This document shows positions 9,191 to 21,400 of a stretch of DNA of 61,846 bases, in pieces. The stretch is from a virus (lineage: Duplodnaviria; Caudoviricetes): IMG/VR virus record IMGVR_UViG_3300030329_003801, positions 1 to 61,846 of that record; one strand, written 5' to 3'. Position 1 is the first letter of the stretch. Each line of letters opens with the position of its first letter. A model generated the notes under the pieces. It was given only the letters and a program-made list of their open reading frames with translations, was not told the DNA's origin and made no database searches. Both the position numbers and the translations under genes were made by a program.

Positions 9191-11026
9191 ATGCCAATTA
9201 ACAAAATTCAATTTCAACCGGGTTTTGATAAACAAAACACTGAAATTACAGCAAAAGGTAAATGGATTGATGGTGACAAAGCTCGTTTTCGTTATGGATT
9301 TCCAGAGAAAATGGGTGGATGGGAAAAAGTATCTACTACAACATTTATTGGTGTAGCAAGAAGTCAATTAGCTTGGAACTCACTAGATGGTACTGCTTAT
9401 GATGCTTTTGGTAGTAATAAGAAATTATACATTTATAATGAAGGTAATTTCTTTGATGCTACGCCAACTCGTTCATCTGCTGATATTACAAGTGTTTTTA
9501 CCACATCAAGTGGTTCATCTGTTTTTACAGTAACACATTCATCACATGGAGCTTCTGAAGGTGATTATGTCACTATATCAAGTACCAGTGCTACTATTGG
9601 TGGTGTTGCTGCTTCTACAGTTGATGGAGAATATGAAATAGCATCTGTACCAACAACTTCAACATATACGATAGATGTTGGAACAAATGCATCTTCTTCT
9701 GTTTCTACAACTGGAAACTGTTCAGTAGAATATGAGGTTACAGCAGGAAGAGATAAAGCATTATCTGGATATGGATGGGGTACTGGAACTTGGGATTCAT
9801 CAAATACTTGGGATACACCTAATACATCTGCTTCAGTAACTATTGCTTTAAGAAATTGGGCTTTAGATACTTGGGGTGAAGATTTAATTGCACTTGATAT
9901 TGATGGTGGAATTTATGCATGGGATACATCTGGAGGTGTATTAACAGCAAGTAATATAGCATCAGCTATATCTAATGCACCAACAAAAACAAAGTTTGCT
10001 ATTGTTTCCAACCCAGATAGACATTTAATTTGTATGGGAACAGAAACAACTATTGGAAGTACATCTACACAAGATCCAATGTTTATTCGTTGGTCTGATC
10101 AAGATGATTATACTTCTTGGACAGCAACAGCTACTAATTCAGCAGGTTCTCAAAGAATTACTGATGGAAGTGAAATTGTTACTGCTGTTCGTACAAGAGG
10201 TCAAATAATTATACTAACTGATACGTCAGCACATGGTATGTCATTTATTGGTGCACCATTTACTTTTGGTTTTCAACAGCTAGGTTCTAACTGTGGAGCT
10301 ATTAGTCCTCATTGTGCTATTGATGTAGGTGGTATAGTGTACTGGATGAGTAGTGATGCTTTTTATAGATTTGATGGTACTGTAAGAAAAATACCATGTA
10401 CAGTTGAGGATTTTGTATTTGACAACATCGAGCCAAAACAATATGCTCAAGTGTATGCAGGTTCTAATTCTGCATTTGGTGAAGTATGGTGGCTTTATTG
10501 CACAACAGCTTCTAACCAAAATGATAGATATGTAATTTTTAACTATCAAGAAAACTTATGGTATACTGGCTCTATAGATAGAAGTACATGGATTGATTCT
10601 GGAACTTATTCTTTGCCATATGCAACAAAATATGATGGTAGTGCTAATACAACAGTTTACTCCCATGAAAATGGATTTAATGATGATGGATCTACAATGA
10701 CATCTTATATTGAGAGTGGAGATTTTGATATAGGTGATGGAGATCAAATTATGTTTGTTAAAAAAGCAATACAAGATTTTAAAGGTCAAGTAGGTAATGT
10801 TAATATAAGTTTAAAATCACGATATTATCCAACTGACACGCAAACAACGAAAGGCCCATTTTATTTATCTACTTCTACACAGCGATTTAATCCTCGAACT
10901 AGAGGAAGACAAGTTGCTGTTCGAGTAGAGAGTAATGGATATGATGGAGTCAATAATGATGCAATATCAGAAAACTGGCGTTTAGGAACTCTTCGTTTTG
11001 AAATTCAACCAGATGGAATGAGATAA
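9191..11026 (+). CDS. Tail nozzle / DNA stabilisation protein (P22 gp10 / tubular protein B-like)
   Basis: 611-aa beta-rich protein; W.DGDK.RFR.G.PEK.GGW, IRWSDQ, WRLG..RF motifs; lies before the ejection genes. Confidence 0.65.
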   Translation: MPINKIQFQPGFDKQNTEITAKGKWIDGDKARFRYGFPEKMGGWEKVSTTTFIGVARSQLAWNSLDGTAYDAFGSNKKLYIYNEGNFFDATPTRSSADITSVFTTSSGSSVFTVTHSSHGASEGDYVTISSTSATIGGVAASTVDGEYEIASVPTTSTYTIDVGTNASSSVSTTGNCSVEYEVTAGRDKALSGYGWGTGTWDSSNTWDTPNTSASVTIALRNWALDTWGEDLIALDIDGGIYAWDTSGGVLTASNIASAISNAPTKTKFAIVSNPDRHLICMGTETTIGSTSTQDPMFIRWSDQDDYTSWTATATNSAGSQRITDGSEIVTAVRTRGQIIILTDTSAHGMSFIGAPFTFGFQQLGSNCGAISPHCAIDVGGIVYWMSSDAFYRFDGTVRKIPCTVEDFVFDNIEPKQYAQVYAGSNSAFGEVWWLYCTTASNQNDRYVIFNYQENLWYTGSIDRSTWIDSGTYSLPYATKYDGSANTTVYSHENGFNDDGSTMTSYIESGDFDIGDGDQIMFVKKAIQDFKGQVGNVNISLKSRYYPTDTQTTKGPFYLSTSTQRFNPRTRGRQVAVRVESNGYDGVNNDAISENWRLGTLRFEIQPDGMR

Positions 11027-11199
11027 TGAGTAAAATAACTAACGTAAGATTACCTTCACCTTCTATAGAATACAATGTTCAGCAAATGAGTGAATTAATT
11101 AGAGCAATTGAAACAGTTATTCTTACTCTTAATACAAGTTATTCAGCAGAAGAAAATAAACTTGTTATGGAGAGAATGGTATTTCTGTTTGGAGATTAG
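11026..11199 (+). CDS. Hypothetical virion protein (57 aa)
   Basis: MSKITNVRLPSPSIEYNVQQMSELIRAIE...*; TAATG overlap, abuts next ATG. Confidence 0.65.
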   Translation: MSKITNVRLPSPSIEYNVQQMSELIRAIETVILTLNTSYSAEENKLVMERMVFLFGD

Positions 11200-11571
11200 A
11201 TGGCAACAACAAATACATATACAAATGCAAAAGCTGTTTTAAGAGGTAATACAACTATTTATACAGCACCTTCAGCAGGTACATCTATTGTTAAATCAAT
11301 ACGAGTATCAAATACTGAAGAGAATACAGACAGAGACATAACATTAACAGTTACTGATGGTGATTCGGTAGTATATTATTTGGAAGTTAATAGAACTATA
11401 CAAAAAAAAAGTTCACAGGAACTTTTAGCGGCAGGAAATATGAAAACAGATTCAGCCGATTCTTCTGTTAGTTCTTCAACACCTATAATTTTAAAATCAT
11501 CAGAGGTTTTAAAAGCAACAACAACAGGAAGTGACATACACGTTATAGTATCAGTATTGGAGATGACATAA
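11200..11571 (+). CDS. Virion structural beta-sandwich protein
   Basis: TIYTAPS..TSIVKSI.VSN..IILKSSEVLK..VSVLEM pattern; GGAG RBS. Confidence 0.7.
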   Translation: MATTNTYTNAKAVLRGNTTIYTAPSAGTSIVKSIRVSNTEENTDRDITLTVTDGDSVVYYLEVNRTIQKKSSQELLAAGNMKTDSADSSVSSSTPIILKSSEVLKATTTGSDIHVIVSVLEMT

Positions 11572-12116
11572 TGGGAGGAATATTAGACATAATTAATGAT
11601 TTTATTAAATATCAACGTAAAGATCCAGAAGGATTTTTTGGTGGGCCTGATGGAATGGAATTTCATGTTGATGATCAAAATGTAATTCAATTTATAAAAA
11701 GAAGAGCTCAAACGGATGATGTAAATTCTAAAGAATATCGAGAAGAATTAATGAAGTTTATGGAAGAAACATCTTCAAAAAAAGTACAGTCCGAGCCAGA
11801 AGAACCAAAAGAAGAGTTAAACTGGAAAAATTATATTGGTGAGGATATAAGAGTAGGCGGGGGATCCGGAATTGGAAATATAGAAAGGGCTAACACAAAT
11901 ACACAATGGAAAATACCAAATATGAAATCTGGTGGAGGAATAGCTGGTATAGATACTGGTAAAGATAGTGTTCATGCATTATTACAGCCCGGAGAATATG
12001 TTTTCAATAGACCATCTATTCTTGGTTTAGGAGACGGAAGTATTGAAAAAGGATGGAAAGTTGCAGAAAATATAATGAAAAAAGCAGAAAGAAAAGCAGA
12101 TTCTCTTGGAGTATAG
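11571..12116 (+). CDS. Putative internal virion protein
   Basis: MKSGGGIAGIDTGKDSVHALLQPGEYVF motif (GG..G..D.VPA.L..GEFV type). Confidence 0.6.
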   Translation: MGGILDIINDFIKYQRKDPEGFFGGPDGMEFHVDDQNVIQFIKRRAQTDDVNSKEYREELMKFMEETSSKKVQSEPEEPKEELNWKNYIGEDIRVGGGSGIGNIERANTNTQWKIPNMKSGGGIAGIDTGKDSVHALLQPGEYVFNRPSILGLGDGSIEKGWKVAENIMKKAERKADSLGV

Positions 12117-12528
12117 AAAACCAATTTTAGAGGATTTGGCAGAAACTGTTAAGTTATTATTTAGGTTCAGGGAAGAATTTGGAAACTTATTCCCAGAAGC
12201 CGATTTAAATATGGTAGCACAAACAGTTGAACAACATAATAATTATGGATTTATTCATAATGCCTATAGTGATGGAAATCTTGTAGGTAGTATAGGAGCA
12301 ATACCATCACAGTGGTGGTTTTCTTCTGAGAAATTCATATCAGAAACATGGTTTTATGTATTACCCAAATACAGAAACTATAAAACAGCTAAGAAATTAT
12401 TGGCGGAATTAAAGAAATATGCTGGAAATAGGACAGTATTACTGCCTGTCAGCACAGGATTTGATAAGCCACAATTATACAAAAGGTTAAAATTTAAAAA
12501 TATGGGAAATATTTGGAGGTACAATTAA
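12106..12528 (+). CDS. GNAT-family acetyltransferase next to ejection genes
   Basis: LVGSIG..SETWFYVLPKYRN...AKKLL..LYKRLKFK GNAT motifs; TTG start. Confidence 0.75.
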   Translation: MEYRKPILEDLAETVKLLFRFREEFGNLFPEADLNMVAQTVEQHNNYGFIHNAYSDGNLVGSIGAIPSQWWFSSEKFISETWFYVLPKYRNYKTAKKLLAELKKYAGNRTVLLPVSTGFDKPQLYKRLKFKNMGNIWRYN

Positions 12529-13641
12529 ATGTGTTTTGGAGGTACAACATATCAGACAACACAAAAGTCTGAACTTCCACCGTGGTTGGAAGATGCTTAT
12601 AAGAGATTAACTCAACAAGCAGAAGCAGCAGGTGGTATTGGTGCTAAATATGTGCCATATGGAGGTGAACGGTTAGCTCCGTTTACTGCTCAACAACAGG
12701 CAGCAATGGCTGGAGCAACTCCTGTGTCAACATATTACGGGCAAGAAAGACAAGCGTATAAGCCGTATACAGATTATGCCGCACAGGCAACTATGCAGGC
12801 AGCAGCACCAACAACAGGTATGGTAGATCAATATATGAATCCTTACCAACAATCTGTTATTGATACGACTTTACAAGAACAACGAAGACGTTCTGATATA
12901 CAAGGACAAGCTATGAGAGATCAAGCTGTTAAGTCTGGTGCTTTTGGTGGGGCTAGACAAGGTGTTCAGGAATCAGAAAGACAACGTAATCTTGCAGACC
13001 TCCAAGCAAGAACCGAAGCACAATTAAGAGCACAAAATTATCAACAAGCTGTAGGACAAGCACAAGAACAACAAAGAAGACTTGCTGGTATGGGTCAGCA
13101 AATGGGTGGTTTAGGTGCACAAAGAATGCAATTAGGTGCGGCAGGAATTGGTGGAGTTCAAAGAGGACTACAAGGAATGCAACAAGCTGGTGCACAACAA
13201 CAGCAACAATTACAAAGAGGAATGGATATTGCTTATGGTGATTTTCTTAAACAACAACAATTCCCTTATTCTCAAGCAGCATTTACAGGAGGCATACTTG
13301 GTGGTTTACCATCACCTCAAATGGCAACTGTATATGGTCAACAACCCGGCCCAAGTCCTTTCCAACAAATAGGTGGAGCAGGATTAGCTGGATTAGGTAT
13401 GGCTGGTATGTTTGGCATGGGGCCTTTTGCAGGATCTGATATTAGATTAAAAACAGATATCAAACCAATTGGAAAATCCCCTTCAGGCGTAAATATCTAC
13501 TCATTCCAGTATAAGGATCAAGAAGGTACTTATGAAGGCGTAATGGCACATGAAGTTCCTTGGGCATCTGTAATGAATGATAACGGATACTATATTGTTG
13601 ATTATTCAAAAGTAGACGTAGAATTTAAGAAATTAAATTAG
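12529..13641 (+). CDS. Internal virion/ejection protein with C-terminal S74-like domain
   Basis: Q/A/G-rich helical body (YMNPYQQ.V, GAFGGARQ), hydrophobic Gly-rich segment, SDIRLKTDI..GVNIY.F.Y..GVMAHEV..VDYSK. Confidence 0.7.
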   Translation: MCFGGTTYQTTQKSELPPWLEDAYKRLTQQAEAAGGIGAKYVPYGGERLAPFTAQQQAAMAGATPVSTYYGQERQAYKPYTDYAAQATMQAAAPTTGMVDQYMNPYQQSVIDTTLQEQRRRSDIQGQAMRDQAVKSGAFGGARQGVQESERQRNLADLQARTEAQLRAQNYQQAVGQAQEQQRRLAGMGQQMGGLGAQRMQLGAAGIGGVQRGLQGMQQAGAQQQQQLQRGMDIAYGDFLKQQQFPYSQAAFTGGILGGLPSPQMATVYGQQPGPSPFQQIGGAGLAGLGMAGMFGMGPFAGSDIRLKTDIKPIGKSPSGVNIYSFQYKDQEGTYEGVMAHEVPWASVMNDNGYYIVDYSKVDVEFKKLN

Positions 13642-13649
13642 GAGATAAA

Positions 13650-15458
13650 ATGGCACCTGTATCAAATACAATTACATCTACTACATCAGCAACACAAGAT
13701 CTTGAAGTCTTTAAGAATTATCCAACAGAAAAAAATAATAATTTATTACAACAAAAGTATGGAAGCCAAGACGAATTTCTTAAACAAATTCAAGCTGAAG
13801 GATATGCGGAAGGATTTAAAGGACAAGAACTAAATCTTCCTGCAACGGAAATGTTGGACGAAGCTGCAATAAATAAATTTCTTTATCCATCAGGAATAAA
13901 TAATATTGATGATACGCATGTTATGTCTAAAGAACATTCTGATGAAATTATGAATCAATCAACATTAAAATCAATTGTTCCAGCAGTAACGACTGGAGGA
14001 GGTCAACAAAGAGCAATTGATAAAACAATGTTAATTAGACTTGATGATGGTCTTACATATTATCCACACGAAATGAGTGAAAGAGGATATAGTGATAGCC
14101 AAATAACAAAAGGTCTTAGACAGGGATTTTTAACTGACAATCCAGAAAATATGGAAGTTTTCAATAACTTTATGAATAATCAAGGTATAAGTTCTGTTGA
14201 AACTTCAAAACAAATACCACAAAATAAATTTGATTGGGAAGAAAGAAGTATAGGTATTCCTACAAAAAAAACAGAAAAAAAACCAAAAACTTTTTTAGGT
14301 TATGAATTAAAAGAACACGAACCTTATAAAAGAAAAATTGATCCAATCAAGCCATTTGTAGATTATTCAAACACTATTGAGAGAGATAGAGAACGACTTG
14401 CAGCTGTTGGAATGGATTCAGATATATTGATTCCTTTAATGGAAAAAGATTCTGGTGGTTATATGTCACAATGGGGATTACCGATTGTTAATCCAGATGG
14501 AAAAATGTGGTTCTATGATTCAGACAAGAAAGCAAAAATTCCTTTTACAGATCAAAATATATTAGCAGACCGAAGAGTTAAAGAGCTTCTTAAAAGAGAA
14601 GAAGTAATGAAACAAGCTGAGTTAAGTAATCCGGGTGATCAAAATGCTGCTGAAGTAGCATTAGATGATTATATTCTTAAACAAGAAAAGAATAAATTTA
14701 ATAAAAAAAATTACGTTGATGATGAAGGTTTACATCTTACACTTAATGTAGGACAGGAAGCCAAGACGGGTGAACCCGGTAGTGGAAGAGCTACAGATAC
14801 AGGCGGTCTTCTTGAAGTTCAAAGAAGAAAAATGGATCAGCTTATGAAAAAATCTGAAACAGGATTAAATAAAGAAGATAAAAAAGACTTAACAGATACT
14901 TTAAAAGGCCAAGGCGTTGATACTACAGGTATGAATGATAAAGCTCTATTAGCTGCAACTATTGGGTTTGGTATTATGGCATCTAAACGATCAGATATGT
15001 TAGGAGCTATTGGTGAAGGTGGACTTGCAGGATTAAAACTTGCTGCTGATATTAAAGATAAGCAAGGAGGAAAATCCTCTGATATTCAAATGATTACCGT
15101 TAAGAACGATGAAGGCGAAAATGTTATTGTTCGGTATAACAAGAAAAAAGGCACATACGAAGAAACGGGATTAAAATCTGGAGCAAGTACATCAAATAGC
15201 ACATTACAAAAAATACAAACATTATCAAAAATTGCTAATGTTCCAGAAGATGTAGTAGCAACTTTTATTTTAAATAGTTTAACAGAATCGAAAGGAAAAC
15301 CAAGAGAAGATCAAATTACAACAATGATGTCTATTCTTTCAAGAACAATTTCGGGAATGACCGAAGACCCTGAAAAGTTGAGAAATATAGCAGAAAAAAT
15401 TGTTGATGAAAATATGAAAAGTGGATCAAATTTTAAAGAATCAGATATAGGATTATAA
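13650..15458 (+). CDS. Putative internal virion/ejection protein
   Basis: 602 aa; ALLAATIGFGIMAS..LGAIGEGGLAGL segment; lies between ejection genes; GGAG RBS. Confidence 0.6.
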   Translation: MAPVSNTITSTTSATQDLEVFKNYPTEKNNNLLQQKYGSQDEFLKQIQAEGYAEGFKGQELNLPATEMLDEAAINKFLYPSGINNIDDTHVMSKEHSDEIMNQSTLKSIVPAVTTGGGQQRAIDKTMLIRLDDGLTYYPHEMSERGYSDSQITKGLRQGFLTDNPENMEVFNNFMNNQGISSVETSKQIPQNKFDWEERSIGIPTKKTEKKPKTFLGYELKEHEPYKRKIDPIKPFVDYSNTIERDRERLAAVGMDSDILIPLMEKDSGGYMSQWGLPIVNPDGKMWFYDSDKKAKIPFTDQNILADRRVKELLKREEVMKQAELSNPGDQNAAEVALDDYILKQEKNKFNKKNYVDDEGLHLTLNVGQEAKTGEPGSGRATDTGGLLEVQRRKMDQLMKKSETGLNKEDKKDLTDTLKGQGVDTTGMNDKALLAATIGFGIMASKRSDMLGAIGEGGLAGLKLAADIKDKQGGKSSDIQMITVKNDEGENVIVRYNKKKGTYEETGLKSGASTSNSTLQKIQTLSKIANVPEDVVATFILNSLTESKGKPREDQITTMMSILSRTISGMTEDPEKLRNIAEKIVDENMKSGSNFKESDIGL

Positions 15459-15461
15459 AAA

Positions 15462-18400
15462 ATGACACCCTTAGAGCAGCTAAGATCCAATAAGCCAGAT
15501 TTGTACGGCATAGCAGAATCCCAACTAACGGATATGCTATGGGATCAACTCGGCAAAGACAAATACGCAGACGAAAGTATATTCCGTGAATACTTGACGA
15601 CAGATACGGGACTGTTTGATAAGTCAAGATTAAAAACAATCACACCTACAATTGAATCAGAACAACAAGTCCTTCCAGAAGAGAAGGTAGACGAAGAGGT
15701 ATCACCATTTCGTCAAAAAGAATATTGGGTAGATGTTCTTCAGAATATAGCCCAACAAGCTGTTACAACAACTGGACTGACAATGCAGGGGATGTCTGGC
15801 CTTAAAGCATTTTCAGAATTACCAGAAGAAAAACAGAAACTTGTTTTTGCTGAAGATACGGCACTTTACAAAACTTTTAAAAAACTTGGTTTATTAAATG
15901 AGGATGACAAACTAGATCTTTCTTGGTTGCCATCGGAAGATCGTGAAATAGGATATTTAAGAGAAAAATCAACAGAAATATTAGCTAATCCTGATTCTTA
16001 TACTGATGATAGAATAGAATGGGCAAAAAATACACAACAATTTTTACAGGATAGAGAAGAAGCAAGAGTTGATATAAAGGACAGACCGTTATATAAAGCT
16101 GGTGAAAAAGTTCAAGAATGGGGTAAAGAAGCTATTCCTATTGACCGTGAAAAATGGTCACAAAATTATCTTGCTAATCTTTTATTAGATACAACAGGAG
16201 TAATTGGTTCAACGCTTCCGTTCATTGCAACAGGCATGGTTGGATCTTCAATTAGAGTTGGTGCGGTAACACTTGCTCTTCCAGCAACAATGTCTGTAGG
16301 TGCAGGAGAGGCTGTAGAAAGAGCTTATGATTATCAGGAGCAAGACGGAGTAAGAAACGAAGATGATATTGCCATTGCGGCTATTCTTGGTACAGTTCCG
16401 GGTGCTGTTGATTACATGCCTGTTGGAATATTATTAAATAGATTTAATCATTATAGACCGGAAGGTAAAAAATTTATAAGAAGATTTCTTGAAGCGGCTG
16501 TTTCTCAAGGATTGTGGGAAGGTACTACAGAGGAAGTTCAACAATTTCTGCAAAATATGATTGCTCAAGATTATAATGCTAATCAAAAACTTAGTGAAAA
16601 TCTTGGAAAACAATTCCTTCCAGCTTTTCTTGGTGGTGGAATTATGGGTGGTATTGGTATGTCAGGAAAGACTACCCCTACAGATCCAAAAGATGAAATT
16701 AAAGAAAAAGTAATTGACAAAGAAATAGGCGATAAACCAACAGAAGAACAAAAGGAAAAAGCTGATGAAGGCAGTCCTGATGAAGTAAAAAAAGATTTTT
16801 CTCCTGATGGATTTCCACCTGTTGGAGCAACAAACATTGATGTTAATGAAGCTGGTGTTGACATAGGAAACGGAAAAATTATTTCTTATGACCGTGATCC
16901 AGAAGATGATTCCATGCATGTTAAAATGGAGATGGAAGATGGGACAATTATTGATCGTCCTGTTGATGAAATTGACATGGTGTGGAATGATAGACCAGAT
17001 GTAGATCTTCCTGAAGGAGCACCTTTAACAAAAGCACAACAAGAACAGTATGATGCGGCTGAACCCGGAACGATTGTTACTATTACTAATGAAGATGGTC
17101 AAGTTGTTCAGTATATGGAAAAACCTGCTGTTGCTGAAGAAGAGGTAATACCAGATGAGGAAATAACAGAAGAACAGGCGGCACAAAGAGATAATCATCA
17201 ACAGGCAGATAGTTCTTTTTGGACAACTCTTTATACTATTCAGCAAAAATTAGGTGATGAGTCTGCTGAAAGATACTTTAATGAAGCTATAAAAAAAATG
17301 AAGTTTCCTCCTGTAGATAGGGAAACAGGGGAAAGACAAACTTGGGAAGATGTAAAGGATGATTTAAGAAAAAATCCAGACAAATATGCTGGTTATGGAG
17401 GCACAACTGTTGCTAATCAGGAATGGCTTAACATGCCTGTGGGAAATGCTCGAAGTTTTTTTAAAGCACATAAATGGATACACACGCAGGCTGGTGAGGA
17501 AATGCTTCCCATTCCGGAAACGGATGAGGAATTTTTCCAGCAACAAGAAGAAAAAAGAAAACCTAAAGAAGAAGTAGCATCAGTTGAAGAAGAGGTAACT
17601 CCTGTTGAAGAAGTAAAAGAACCAAAAACAAAAGTATTAACTGATAATATTAAAAAATTAGGTGACTGGAATAATGTATTTGAAGCTAATAAAGAAAATG
17701 AAGATGCAGTAAATCAATTAACAAATTTTAATCTTGAAGATTTAATAGAATATGAAAATAATGTTACTGTATTAAATCAAGCTAAAAATAAATTATATAA
17801 AACTAAAGCACTTGGCGATAATACTGTTGCAAAAAGCAATATTCAATTAGTTCAAAATAGAATAGCTGAACTAGAAGGTAGACCAGTAGAAGAAGTAACT
17901 CCTATTGTAAAACCTGTTGAAGAAAAGAAACCAAAAGAATTTATAGATGAAATATTATCTAGTAAAGAAACAGAAGAAAAAGTTGAGGAAAAAGTAGAAG
18001 ATAAAACAACTGGTGCAGAAGAATTAGCTGGAATGAATAATGAGCAAATTGGTTCTTTAATAGATGATATTGTTAGTGAAGTTGAAGTAGAAGAAAAAGC
18101 ACCAGTTGAAAAGAAAGTTGTAGAAGAAAAAGTTAAGGAAATAGTTGAAGAAGCAAAACCTACACAACAAATATCTGCTAAATATTTAAAATCAAAAGAA
18201 CCAATAAAATTAAAAAGTCAAAAAGCAAGAGGAGAGGAATTAGCGTCTGTTTTTTTAGATGCCGTTCCTTTAAATAAAAATGCAATAATTGAAGAATTAA
18301 AATCTATAGGTATTGATAAAGTATTAAATTTAAAACAAATTCAAGATAATATAAATAATATTAAAAAACAAGCATTAGATTTAAATATTATAAATGATAT

Positions 18401-21400
18401 AAATATTTCAAATGAAGAATTATTTGCTGAAATTATATTAAAAAATAATGCAGAGTCCATAAAAGCAAATAAAAGAAGAGTAGAAGAAGCTGAAAAAATA
18501 GGTATAACAAAAGAGGAATTGAAAAAAGAAAGTTTTGCTACTTTAGCAAAATTAGCAGATAATAATTATGTAAAGAATATACAATCAGATCAAGGAATTA
18601 CTGCTTTTTTAGTAAGATTTTTTAATAATGCTAAAGCATTAAGTTTAGGATACAAAAGAGGTAGTGGTGAAAGATTAGCAAATGATTTTGAAATGTTACT
18701 TTATCATGTTCCTTTTATTGATACTAAAAATTATCAAGAAGTTTTAGCAGTACAAAATTTAAGAGCAAATTACAAATTAAAAAATAATAAACAAATATTT
18801 AATGATTTAGTTAATAAAAAAATAACTGCATCAGATATAGTAAAACAAGTAGAAGCTCCTTCTGAAATTAAGGTAGAGGGATATACAAAACCTTTTAATA
18901 ATATAGGACAATGGAATAAAAGTGCAATTTCAAAATCAGATATTGTACATGATAAAACACCTACTGGTAAACCGAAAGGAAATGTAACTAACCGAAAAAA
19001 TGCTTATGAGACATTATTAGATCTTATTAATACAGATATATCTGTACTCATTAATAAAGAAAATAATGTTGGATTACTTAATGTAACAAAAGGCGTATTG
19101 GAGAAAAATGCATATATAAATTATTCTGAAACTGGTTTAAGTCAATATTTTATTGGATCTGAAGGTATCACTCCTAAAAATGTAAAATCAAATTTAGAAT
19201 CCGTTAATGATAGAATTGCAGAAATAAAAGGGGAAAAGAAACCTGTAGCAGAAGAAAAACCTAAAGTAGAATTTGTTCCTCTTAAAAATGCTAAACCGGA
19301 AGAGTATTTTGATTTGTTTGAAACAGATCCAAAAAAATACGATAAAAATATTCCTGAAATGTTTACGATTAATTATAATAAGAATGAATCTGTTAGGGAG
19401 GAATCATATACTGATCTAATTTTAATACCTGTTGATGATGCGTTGAAATTAATAAATACACCTAAAGCAGAATCTTTAGTTGAAGGAAGGGTTGATTCCA
19501 TAAAAAAAGATATAGTTTCTGGAAGAAAAATAACAAAACTTACTACTGCTTTGTATATGGGAATTGAATCTGAACATTTGAAAAAAGCAGGTGGAAATCT
19601 ACCGAATATAATTGAACCTGATTCATCCGGTTCTATGATTAGAGGTGGTTCTGAAGGAAGACATATTGTCCACGCATTTAAGGAATTAGGCATAGATAAA
19701 GTTCCATTTGTATTAACTGCCGATGGTAAACCCGGTGAGTTTAAATTTAGACATAAGAATAATTGGAGGCCAAATTATGTTATTGTTAATGAAACTCAAC
19801 CAACTTTTCCAGATAAAAAAGTTTCTACAAAAAATTGGATTTATTATTCTGATCTAGTAGAAGAAAAACCTAAAGTAGAACTCTTTAAAGAAAAAGAAGT
19901 TGTTTCTGAAAAGGGAGGTATTTGGAGAAGAAAAGGCCTATATTATGTAAACAGTGACTATAAAAATTGGAGAGTTCATAAGGTTGGTTTTACCCCTCTT
20001 AATCCTTGGCAGTTTGATTATCTTACCCCTGAAGGAAACTGGCAATTTATTGGAACTTATTCAAAGGTTGGAATATCACAAGGATGGATTGAAAGATTTG
20101 CTTTAGCATTTGAACAAGATCCCTCAAAGTTTCTAGGAAGTAGAATGGGAACTTTCCAAAACAAAAGTGGAGAAGGAACCAAAGAAAGAGAATTTACATT
20201 TGCTTTTAACACAAAATGGACTAAGGATCTTTTTGAAAAATTAAATCCAAAATTAAATAAGGAATTAGGTGATCAATTTCTTCCTAGTGGTAATAAGATA
20301 GGAGAATATTACATATATATTACGCCAAGAAAATACGAGGAAAGACCAGAACTTGATATAGCTACTCGTGATTTTTATAAAAGATTATATAAAGAAGATT
20401 GGGTTCAAGGAACGAATATTAAAGGTGAGTATGATATAATATTTACAAAAGAAAAACCTAAAGTAGAAACTCCTAAACCTATATTCTCTCTTTCTGGAAC
20501 TAAACCAGCAACTACGCCTGATAATTTAACAACGATAGATTATAAGACAGAAATTGTACCATTAAGTCAACTTATTACATCAGACAATAAAAATAAATTT
20601 CCTCAAGTATTACAGCCAAGGGAAAGAGATTCTAAGCCATCTGAAATGCAGGTGGAACTTATTGCTAAAAATCCAAAAGCAGACTGGCTTGGTGAAGAAA
20701 ATAGAACTGATCAAGGTGCTCCTATTGTTGGCCCAGATAATGTTGTTGAAAGTGGTAACGGTAGGGTAATGGGTTTAAGATTATCCTCCAAACAATTTCC
20801 TACAGAATTTCAAAAATATTTACAGGACATAGCAGTAGATATTGGAACAGATACAGTAGAACAAAAGAAAATTGCTGATACTTTAGAAAAGAAATTTAAC
20901 GAAGGAGATCCTTCTATTGTTGTAAGAAGAAGGGTAACTTCTTTTTCTGAACAAGAAAGAATTAAGTTTACACAAGATTCTAATTCATCAAGTCTTTTAA
21001 CTAAATCACCTGCTGAACAAGCTAGGATTGATGCCTCTAGAATGCCAGAGGGACTTATTGATTTGTATGAAGGTGGATTGGTAGCACTGGAAAAAAATCG
21101 TGAATTTGTAAGAGGATTCTATAATATTATTCCTAAAAATGAACAACGAGAAATATTAGATGATGCTGGTGATCTAACACAAAATGGAGTTAGAAGAATT
21201 GAAAATTCTTTAATTATAAGGGCTTTTGGAGATATTAGTTTATTTAACAGAATAGCAGAATCAACTACTCCAGAGGTTAAGGCATTAAGTGAATCATTCT
21301 TAATGGCAGCACCTAGATGGATTAAGTTAAGAGAAAGTGTAGAAAGTGGCGTAATACCTAAAGAATTTGATTTAACTTATCATGTTATTGATGCTGTTAA

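Noticed and set aside
17386-17577. Other same-strand alternative ORFs in the giant gene (also 29332-29532)
   Set aside because: Short, no convincing SD, and the host frame is not degraded as it is at 21703
19250-20468. Direct repeats as a CRISPR array or DGR
   Set aside because: Spacers are ~600 nt of in-frame coding DNA; no cas or reverse transcriptase gene
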